Below are positions 57,129 through 64,000 of a DNA stretch of 64,000 bases, in pieces (the stretch's first letter is position 1; each line of letters begins with the position of its first letter). The stretch spans positions 128,001 through 192,000 of the forward strand of contig JBHYGA010000004.1 in the NCBI GenBank assembly GCA_051859245.1, in the 5' to 3' direction. Source of the stretch: Gemmatimonadaceae bacterium. GTDB taxonomy: Bacteria > Gemmatimonadota > Gemmatimonadetes > Gemmatimonadales > Gemmatimonadaceae. Under the pieces are notes generated by a model. The model saw only the letters and a program-made list of their open reading frames with translations. It had not been told where the DNA came from and did not search any database. Made by a program: the position numbers and the translations under genes.

Positions 57129-57935
57129 TCAACCGCTCACCATCGTGGTGCCTGCACTTCGTCGGAGCAGGGCCGCGAGGTCCCCAATGCGCACCTGACG
57201 TACACCAGTGTTCAGCGCGCGCAGCCCCGCTTCAAGTTTCGCCGCCATACCACCCTCGGCGATGCCGTTGGCAATCAGCTCGGCGGCGTCTTGCGGCGTG
57301 ACGACGCCAATCGGTGCACGCTCACGATCGAGCACGGCGGGCACGTCGGCCATAAAGAACAGTTCGTCCGCACCGAGTGCGCCGGCGATCGCCGCCGCTG
57401 CGTCATCACCGTTCACATTCATGGCCTGCGCACGATGCGCGTCTTCATGCGCCGCCACCGGTGAGAGCACAGGCAGAAACCCGCGCTCGAGTAGCAGCTG
57501 CGGCAATCGCGCGTCAATGCTCACCGGGGTGCCCGCGAAACCAAACGTGTCGACATCAATCGGTGTGGCGCGCAGGAATCCCGCGTCTTCACCACTGAAA
57601 CCAACGGCCGGAACACCCGCAGCAACAAGCGCCGACACGAGTTGTTTATTGGCCAGTCCGGAAAGCGCCATGCGCACGACATCGAGATCACCTTCGGTGG
57701 TCACACGACGTCCGCCCACAAAGCGTGGCGTATCGCCGCGCTGCTTTTGCAGCACCGAGATCTGATCACCACCGCCGTGCACAATCACCACGCGCCCCGC
57801 CCGCGCGCGCCACAACTCGCCAAGCGCGACCGGCAATGCGGGATCGGCCTGCGTACGTCCACCGAGTTTGACCACGATGAGTGATGACACCGTCGGCGTG
57901 TCTGCCGGCGGTGCGATGTGCGCAGGCGTTGTCAT
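57129..57935 (-). CDS. argB: Acetylglutamate kinase
   Basis: VVKLGG, VHGGG, GRRVT, NVNGD, GGMAAKL. Confidence 0.93.
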   Translation of the reverse strand: MTTPAHIAPPADTPTVSSLIVVKLGGRTQADPALPVALGELWRARAGRVVIVHGGGDQISVLQKQRGDTPRFVGGRRVTTEGDLDVVRMALSGLANKQLVSALVAAGVPAVGFSGEDAGFLRATPIDVDTFGFAGTPVSIDARLPQLLLERGFLPVLSPVAAHEDAHRAQAMNVNGDDAAAAIAGALGADELFFMADVPAVLDRERAPIGVVTPQDAAELIANGIAEGGMAAKLEAGLRALNTGVRQVRIGDLAALLRRSAGTTMVSG

Positions 57936-58936
57936 CGCGGGAGTCCGGCGGTTTCGTCGAGGCCGAGCATGATGTTGGCGTTCTGCACCGCCTGGCCGGC
58001 CGCACCTTTGACCAGATTGTCGATCGCGGCGAAGAGCAGCAGCGTGGGTGTGCGCACGTGCTGCACCGACACGGCGCTCACGCGCACGACATTGCGATGC
58101 ACAACATCGGCCAGCGCGGGCAACTCCGCGCTGACTTCCACGAACGGTTCATTGTCGTACGCAGCGCGCAGCACGCTGAGCGGATCGGCAATCGATGCCG
58201 TAAGCGGCACGGTGATGGTGCTCAGAATCCCGCGATCTACCGGTAGCAAATGCGGCGTGAAAAGCAGATCAACGTCGCCACCGAGTCGTGCAAGGCTATC
58301 CGTCATTTCGGGCAGATGGCGATGCACGTTACCGGCCGCGTAGGCTCTGAAGTTCTCCGTCACTTCGGCGAACAACAGCTCCGGCTTGGGCGACGCACCT
58401 GCTCCGCTGACACCGCTGGCGGCGGCCACCGACACCAGCGCGCCCGGTGCAACCAGTCCCGCGCGTACGAACGGGGCGAGCGCCACCAGAATGCTGGTGG
58501 GATAGCACCCAGGATTTGCGACGACGCGTGCATCGGCAATGTCGGCGCGGAACAGTTCCGGCAGTCCGTACGGTACGTGCGCCGGCACGCTGGCCGGAAT
58601 CGGATGCGTGCTGCCACCGCGACCAGGCCGCAGATCGCTGGAGAGATCGACCACGCGCACACCCGCGTCGAGCACGCGACCCACCCAGTCCACGCTGGCG
58701 CCGTGCGGCAACGCGCTAAAAACGAGCTCGACCTCATTGAGGTTTGCATCGTCTGGCGCGATCATGGGCACATCTATCAAAGCGCCGTGGCCGGAGCGCA
58801 CACGCATGGTTTGCCCCCGCCGTTCATTGGCGGTGGCAAAGCGCAGATTGCAGGAGGGGTGGGACGCAATTAATCCGCACAACTCTCGTCCAGCGTACCC
58901 GCTGGCGCCGAGGACCCCGATCGGAATACTATGCAC
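57932..58936 (-). CDS. argC: N-acetyl-gamma-glutamyl-phosphate reductase
   Basis: GASGYAG, ALPHG, DLSSDLR, YGLPE, ANPGCYPT, SGVSGAG, IDNLVKGAAGQAVQN. Start set at the GTG at 58936. Confidence 0.95.
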   Translation of the reverse strand: MHSIPIGVLGASGYAGRELCGLIASHPSCNLRFATANERRGQTMRVRSGHGALIDVPMIAPDDANLNEVELVFSALPHGASVDWVGRVLDAGVRVVDLSSDLRPGRGGSTHPIPASVPAHVPYGLPELFRADIADARVVANPGCYPTSILVALAPFVRAGLVAPGALVSVAAASGVSGAGASPKPELLFAEVTENFRAYAAGNVHRHLPEMTDSLARLGGDVDLLFTPHLLPVDRGILSTITVPLTASIADPLSVLRAAYDNEPFVEVSAELPALADVVHRNVVRVSAVSVQHVRTPTLLLFAAIDNLVKGAAGQAVQNANIMLGLDETAGLPR

Positions 58937-58958
58937 ACTGAATGCATATTCTTGCATT
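58920..58958. promoter_or_regulatory. ARG boxes between divergent argC and argR
   Basis: TGCAT-ATTC-TTGCA (58943-56), overlapping TGAAT-GCAT-ATTCT, with a partner right half ATGCA 21 bp away. Confidence 0.7.
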
Positions 58959-59006
58959 GCCGCGCTGTCAATCGTCGCGGGAAAAACCTTCTGGTGGGAG
59001 TTTGGG

Positions 59007-59465
59007 GTGAGCGACAAGAGCACGCGGCATACGGCGATTCGGGAATTGGTCGGCGAGCGGGCTGTGGGCAGCCAGGAAGAGCTGCGCAAGCTGTTGCACC
59101 AGCGTGGCTGGGATGTGACGCAGTCCACGCTCTCGCGCGATTTGCGGGAGTTGCGCCTGGCGCGCATTCCCGACGGACACGGCAGCGCGCGCTACGCCTT
59201 TCCCGAGTCCGCGCCCGACGAGTCCGGCCCGAGCCTCGAACAGCTCCTGCCACAGCTGCTGATTGCGGTGGAGGCGGTGCAGGTGCTGGTGGTGGCCCGC
59301 ACGGTGCCGTCAGGCGCGCAGCCGGTCGCGGCGGCGCTCGACAGCGCGGCCTGGGGTGACGTGCTCGGAACGATCGCCGGCGACGACACGGTGCTGATTA
59401 TCTGCCGCTCGCCGCAGGGGCGCGAGCGGGTCGTGCGCCGTCTCAAGACCCTGACGCGCCCCTGA
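59007..59465 (+). CDS. argR: Arginine repressor
   Basis: SQEELRKLL..VTQSTLSRDLREL, GTIAGDDTVLII. GGGAG RBS before the GTG at 59007. Confidence 0.95.
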   Translation: MSDKSTRHTAIRELVGERAVGSQEELRKLLHQRGWDVTQSTLSRDLRELRLARIPDGHGSARYAFPESAPDESGPSLEQLLPQLLIAVEAVQVLVVARTVPSGAQPVAAALDSAAWGDVLGTIAGDDTVLIICRSPQGRERVVRRLKTLTRP

Positions 59466-59505
59466 GGGTCTAGATTCCCCCGGAGTCGCCGACCGTCTGT
59501 GGCGC

Positions 59506-59544
59506 TTCGAATCATTATGCACATTGTATGCATAAGTTCTCAAC
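59506..59544. promoter_or_regulatory. Tandem ARG boxes upstream of argH
   Basis: TT-CGAAT-CATT-ATGCA-CA, 3-bp spacer, TA-TGCAT-AAGT-TCTCA-AC. Confidence 0.75.
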
Positions 59545-59568
59545 ATTTCCTGATCGTTCGTGGCTCCT

Positions 59569-60996
59569 ATGAACTCGTCTGCTTCTCCTGAATCGTCCGC
59601 GACATCCTCAGAAGGCACTCACAAGCTGTGGGGCGGCCGCTTCGCGAGCGGACCACATCCACTGCTCGACGCCGTGAACCGGTCGATTGGCACGGACTTC
59701 CGGCTGTGGCCGCATGACGTGCGCCTGTCGCGCGCCTGGGCGCTCGCCTTGCGCGATGCCGGCGTGTTCTCGGCGGACGAGTGCGACGCGGTGCGCGCCG
59801 GGCTTGAGCGTGTGGGCGAGCGCCTCGCCGCCGGCGAGAAGCCAGTCGACACTGACGAAGACATTCATACCATGATCGATCGGCTGTTGCACGAAGAGGC
59901 CGGCGCGCCGGCCTCCCGTCTGCACACCGGGCGCTCGCGCAATGATCAGGTGGCAACGGCCACACGTCTGTGGACCATGCACGCGTGCCAGACGCTCGAT
60001 CAGGCAATCGCTGAGCTGCAACAATCGTTGTACGCGCAGGCCGAACAGCTGCAGGACGCGGTCCTGCCCGCGTACACACACTTGCAGCGCGCGCAGCCGG
60101 TCAGTGGCGCGCATTGGTTGCTCTCACACTTCTGGGCGCTGGATCGGGATCGTGGACGCATCGTCGCCGCCGCAAACGGCGCGAGCGTGATGCCGTTGGG
60201 CTCGGGCGCAATCGCCGGCAGCGCATTTCCGGTGTCGCGCGAGCTGCTGCGTAGCGAGCTCGGCTTTAACGCGATTTCGCAGAATAGCATTGATGCCACC
60301 GGCGATCGAGACTTTGTGGCGGAGACGCTGTTTACGTGCGCACTGACCGCGGCCCACTGCTCGCGTCTGGCCGAAGACCTGATTGTGTACGGATCGAGTG
60401 AGTTCGGTTTTGTGAAGTTTGGCGATCGCTTCAGCACCGGCTCCAGCATGATGCCGCAGAAGCGCAATCCCGATGTGTTTGAACTGGCGCGTGGCTCTGG
60501 CGGACGATTGTTAGGCGACCTCGTCAGTATGCTGGCCACGCTCAAGGGTTTGCCCAGCGGCTACAGCAAGGATTTGCAAGACGACAAACGCGCGCTGTTC
60601 AACGCCGTTGATATGCTGTTGCTCGTATTGCCGGCTATGGCGGGAGCGATCGCCGAGCTGACGTTCAATCGTGAGCGCATGCGCGCGGCGGTCAGCGGAG
60701 CAATGATGGCCACGGATCTTGCCGACTATCTGGTACGAAAAGGCGCGTCGTTTCGCGAGGCCCACGGTGCGGTGGGACGACTGGTGCGTGAATCGGAGGA
60801 AGCCAATGTGGAGCTGAACGAACTGCCCCTCGCGCAGGTACGAGCGGCGCACGCGTTGTTTGGAGACGATGTGATGGACGCGTTGAGTATTGACGCATCA
60901 CTCGCGGTACGAAACGTTGACGGAGGGACAGGGCGCGACGCGGTTGCGAAACAACTGCGAGCGGCGCGCGAACGTTTGAACGTCGCTGCGCAATAG
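59569..60996 (+). CDS. argH: Argininosuccinate lyase
   Basis: KLWGGRF, EDIH, LHTGRSRNDQVAT, YTHLQRAQP, GSSMMPQKRNPD. Confidence 0.97.
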   Translation: MNSSASPESSATSSEGTHKLWGGRFASGPHPLLDAVNRSIGTDFRLWPHDVRLSRAWALALRDAGVFSADECDAVRAGLERVGERLAAGEKPVDTDEDIHTMIDRLLHEEAGAPASRLHTGRSRNDQVATATRLWTMHACQTLDQAIAELQQSLYAQAEQLQDAVLPAYTHLQRAQPVSGAHWLLSHFWALDRDRGRIVAAANGASVMPLGSGAIAGSAFPVSRELLRSELGFNAISQNSIDATGDRDFVAETLFTCALTAAHCSRLAEDLIVYGSSEFGFVKFGDRFSTGSSMMPQKRNPDVFELARGSGGRLLGDLVSMLATLKGLPSGYSKDLQDDKRALFNAVDMLLLVLPAMAGAIAELTFNRERMRAAVSGAMMATDLADYLVRKGASFREAHGAVGRLVRESEEANVELNELPLAQVRAAHALFGDDVMDALSIDASLAVRNVDGGTGRDAVAKQLRAARERLNVAAQ

Positions 60997-61090
60997 GTCA
61001 CAAAAACTCTTGACCGAAATGGACTTTGGTCGCTTATTAGTGGCACTGTAACTGATTGCAGAAGTCTCTCCCCAATCCACAAGGACACTC

Positions 61091-61609
61091 ATGCTCAAGT
61101 CACTCCGACCGTTTGCCTTCGCACTCGCTGCGGCAATCTCGCTTCCTGCCAGCGCCGCCATGGCGCAGGGCGAGTTCACACCTGGAACGAAGATCCTCAG
61201 CCTTGGTGTGCTGAGCGACAACGGAACTGGTTTCAGCGGTGCGTTTGAGTACAGCTTGCTCGAGCTGGCTCCGAACATCCGTCTCGGCGTCGGCGGCTCG
61301 GTTGGTTACTTCAGTGAAGATGTTGCTGGCTTCAGCTTCTCATCAACGCCGATCCTGGCGAACGGCAACGTGCACCTTGCACTGCCCGACGTGCCGGCGC
61401 TCGACCTCTTTGGTGGCGCATCGTTCGGTATTGTTCGCTTCTCGTATGACAATGACTTCCCGGGCGGCGATGACGCATCCGATTCCGACACCGTGTTTGG
61501 CATCAACCTCGGCGCGCGCTACTACTTCACGCCGCGCGTTGGCGCCGTCGCCCAGTTTGGTATCGGCGACGTGCCGGAACTCTTCTTTGGCGTCACGTTC
61601 AAGTTCTAA
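61091..61609 (+). CDS. Small outer-membrane beta-barrel protein
   Basis: Signal AMA-Q, about 8 amphipathic strands, GINLGARYYF, C-terminal GVTFKF. Confidence 0.8.
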   Translation: MLKSLRPFAFALAAAISLPASAAMAQGEFTPGTKILSLGVLSDNGTGFSGAFEYSLLELAPNIRLGVGGSVGYFSEDVAGFSFSSTPILANGNVHLALPDVPALDLFGGASFGIVRFSYDNDFPGGDDASDSDTVFGINLGARYYFTPRVGAVAQFGIGDVPELFFGVTFKF

Positions 61610-61636
61610 GCGGTTCTGCACTCGCGGGCAGTAACC

Positions 61637-61667
61637 AAGGGCGCTCGGCATTAGCCGGGCGCCCTTT
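61637..61667 (+). terminator. Intrinsic terminator
   Basis: AAGGGCGCTCGGC-ATTA-GCCGGGCGCCC-TTT. Confidence 0.8.
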
Positions 61668-61695
61668 GTCTTGATCAATACGGTGTCGCGTAGTG

Positions 61696-63009
61696 CTATG
61701 TTCGAACGCCGGCCAGTATCGCCTGAGCGGCCATCAAGCCACCGCGCGCTGCACCATCCAGTGAGCTCGAGTGCAACGTTTCACTCGCTCGCCATAGACC
61801 CGGTATTGCCGTGCGCGCCGTTCGCGGCGCGACCCCGCTGTTGATCACTGGCTGAGCATACTGGGCAAGCGGCACCCGCCAGATCGCAATACGCGTAAGC
61901 GTTGCTGGTGACGTTGCCTGCGACATGCGGGCGATATCGGTTCGCACCGCTGCATCCAGTGCATCATCTGCTCGTACCGCTTGTTCTCCCAACACGGTTG
62001 CGGCCAGCAGGTGTGCATCGCGTGGCGAGTATTCAGGCGCCACGTCAGAGATGGTGATCGCATGACTGACCACCGCATCTACCCGTGCGTTCAACCACAG
62101 CGCCTTGCCAGGCAACGTGGGCGACGCGACGTGATAGTACAGCGTGGTGCAGCCAAGCAGCGCGCGCGGTTCGCCCAGCGATAGCCCAACGGTATGCGCG
62201 AGCGCGTGTGCGGCGATCAGATCGGTGGCTACAACAACATCACGCGCTGGTATCACGCTTCCGTCATCGAGCACCACGCCGCGTGCCGCACCATCCAGCA
62301 CGTGCAATGCGGCCACGCGCGTATTGCAGCGTACCACGCCAGCGGGCAAATGCGCGGCGAGTTGTTTTGGAATGGCACCCATACCCGCAGCGGGCACCGC
62401 CGTTTTGCCTTCCGACAACATCTTGAAGGTGAACAGCAAGACACTGGCGCGCGTGGTGAGCGATCGATCAAGCAGAATTCCGCCGTAGAACGGCGCAAAA
62501 AATCCGTGAATCGCGCGATCGGAGAAGCCGCGCGCCGCCAGGAAATCTCGCGTCGACACACGGGCGTACTTTGCATCGAAACATTCATCCACGCTCAGTG
62601 ACATCGCGAACTTACGCAGCCGTAACAGGCGCCACAGATCGGTCATCGGCAGCGCGCCACCGGTGAGCGATGGCAGAATAAGTGCAGGGTCATTCAATGC
62701 GTCACCCACGAGTGCCGGCGCGCCTGATTCACGCGTGATTCGCGCGGCCGGCAAAAAGGGACGCAGCTGCAGCGCCGCGTGATCGAGGTAGCGATTGAGC
62801 ACCGGATACGCGGTGAACAACACCTGAAAGCCGTGGTCCAGCTGGAAACCATCACGTGTCGTGGTGCGCACGCGTCCGCCAACCTCTGGCGCAGCTTCAA
62901 GCACGATCACGTCGCGGCCAGCGCGATGCAGCTCAATCGCGGCAATGAGTCCGGCAATGCCGGCACCAACAACAACTGTGGGTTCAGTGTGCTGCACTGG
63001 TGATGTCAC
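61696..63009 (-). CDS. FAD-dependent oxidoreductase (flavin amine oxidase / phytoene dehydrogenase-like)
   Basis: VVGAGIAGLIAA, LEA..VGGRVRT, LDHGFQVLFTAYP, SSLDGAARGG. Start uncertain (62997-63036). Confidence 0.85.
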   Translation of the reverse strand: MTSPVQHTEPTVVVGAGIAGLIAAIELHRAGRDVIVLEAAPEVGGRVRTTTRDGFQLDHGFQVLFTAYPVLNRYLDHAALQLRPFLPAARITRESGAPALVGDALNDPALILPSLTGGALPMTDLWRLLRLRKFAMSLSVDECFDAKYARVSTRDFLAARGFSDRAIHGFFAPFYGGILLDRSLTTRASVLLFTFKMLSEGKTAVPAAGMGAIPKQLAAHLPAGVVRCNTRVAALHVLDGAARGVVLDDGSVIPARDVVVATDLIAAHALAHTVGLSLGEPRALLGCTTLYYHVASPTLPGKALWLNARVDAVVSHAITISDVAPEYSPRDAHLLAATVLGEQAVRADDALDAAVRTDIARMSQATSPATLTRIAIWRVPLAQYAQPVINSGVAPRTARTAIPGLWRASETLHSSSLDGAARGGLMAAQAILAGVRT

Positions 63010-63147
63010 TCGTGATGTCGCCTGGCATGTCTTCACGCCACAGACGGTTGTATTGCATGCGGGCTGGTCTTGACTCGGCGGACCCAGTGCTCATGTTCCC
63101 CCAACCTCCAGATGGTGTCCGACCTTCCCGCAACGAAGGAGCGTTCG

Positions 63148-63825
63148 ATGAAGCTAGTAACGTACGCATTGGTGTCGTTGACCGCGATCGCCGGTTCGGT
63201 CGCCACGTTGGAAGCACAAACGTGTCTCGGGCTGCCAGCGTCGAGTGTGTCGTCACGCAACATTTCACTGACCGCCGCATTTCCCGAAAGAGTGACGCTG
63301 TTTTCGGCCCGCGTCGGCGGCATCATGTCCAGCGGTGGATTCGGTGGACTCTCGGTGGCCTATGAATCCTACGACGACGCCGACGATGCATCGGCATTCG
63401 GCTTTGCCGCCGATGTTGGCAAGGAGTTCGTGCTCGCCACAGGCTCGGCCGTTCGTGTTTGCCCCACCGCGTCGGCACAACTGGCGTTCGGTCCAGACTT
63501 CGATCTTGGTCTCGGCGACGACGTGTCCGTGACGCGGTTCGGTGGCAACGTTGGCGGCGCCATCGGCACGGTCATTGCGGCAAGTCCCGGATTTTCACTC
63601 ATTCCTTACGCTCAGCTGTCGCTCGCGCACCTTCGACTTCGCGTGTCGGCGGGCGAATTCACGGAAACGGACAGCCAAACCGGCGGAATTCTTACGGCCG
63701 GTGTGGGACTTGGATTTAATGATCGCGTCATCGTGCAGCCGTTCCTCACGAAAGGATTCGGCTTTGAGGGCGACACCGATGTGTACTTTGGGGTCGGCGT
63801 TTCGTTTCCCGTAGGACGACGCTGA
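63148..63825 (+). CDS. Outer-membrane beta-barrel-like protein
   Basis: AAGGAG RBS, signal LEA-Q, amphipathic strands, VYFGVGVSF near the C-terminus. Confidence 0.7.
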   Translation: MKLVTYALVSLTAIAGSVATLEAQTCLGLPASSVSSRNISLTAAFPERVTLFSARVGGIMSSGGFGGLSVAYESYDDADDASAFGFAADVGKEFVLATGSAVRVCPTASAQLAFGPDFDLGLGDDVSVTRFGGNVGGAIGTVIAASPGFSLIPYAQLSLAHLRLRVSAGEFTETDSQTGGILTAGVGLGFNDRVIVQPFLTKGFGFEGDTDVYFGVGVSFPVGRR

Positions 63826-63883
63826 TGATGTGAACACACGTTGGGATCGCATGATCCGCGTGTTGTAAATCCAGCGAGTACAA

Positions 63884-63918
63884 AACGGGGGCTTCCGATC
63901 AGATCGGAAGCCCCCGTT
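63884..63918 (-). terminator. Perfect inverted-repeat terminator (probably bidirectional)
   Basis: AACGGGGGCTTCCGATC-A-GATCGGAAGCCCCCGTT, with a T-tract on the minus strand. Confidence 0.85.
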
Positions 63919-63944
63919 GCACATCGCCGCCGAAGCGGATCAGA

Positions 63945-64000
63945 CTAGAAACGAATACCGAACGTGATCGGGATCCAACGCGCGTCGCTATCGCCATCGC
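63945..64000 (-). CDS. 3' end of an outer-membrane beta-barrel protein (partial)
   Basis: Minus strand reads DGDSDARWIPITFGIRF*, a terminal Phe beta-signal followed by the terminator. Confidence 0.6.
   Translation of the reverse strand, partial: DGDSDARWIPITFGIRF

Noticed and set aside
58539..59167. Apparent long overlap of argR and argC in the ORF track
   Set aside because: Artefact of taking the furthest upstream start. Homology and RBS place the starts at 59007 and ~58936.

Overview
GC-rich bacterial chromosomal segment, densely coding. Gene repertoire, protein C-termini such as '...IPITFGIRF' and many Ala-rich signal peptides suggest Gemmatimonadota, which is an inference and was not searched. 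Left to right: (i) a minus-strand run containing a TonB receptor, mogA, an alpha/beta hydrolase, Trm112, DinB, a K+ channel, a KefF/G-type protein and a KefB/C-type antiporter; (ii) glnA, then a signalling cluster of two GAF/PAS histidine kinases, a sigma54 NtrC-type regulator and a single-domain response regulator, which encloses an unusual acidic + AT-hook + histone-H1-like protein; (iii) a serine-biosynthesis operon led by a MerR-like gene (serA, FAD-linked 2-hydroxyacid dehydrogenase, serB-like HAD, class-V aminotransferase, SDR); (iv) a stand-alone plasmid-type replication initiator next to a vapBC toxin-antitoxin pair; (v) envelope genes (S41 protease, TolB-like protein, SPFH) and yceI/MarR/yggX; (vi) a ~7.2 kb, partly translationally coupled, non-canonical chaperone-usher-like pilus locus (four pilin-like paralogues, a PapD-like chaperone, a 1066-aa usher-like protein and a lipoprotein), the best candidate for an undescribed system; (vii) pntAA-AB-B, hydrolases, an M28 peptidase, an Smr protein and a PafA phosphatase; (viii) a ~160-185 nt intergenic rod-like structured RNA candidate; (ix) argCBD/argR-argH with ARG boxes, and beta-barrel genes. 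No rRNA, tRNA, CRISPR array, transposase or integrase was seen. Several start codons were reassigned by eye from the ORF track and are approximate.
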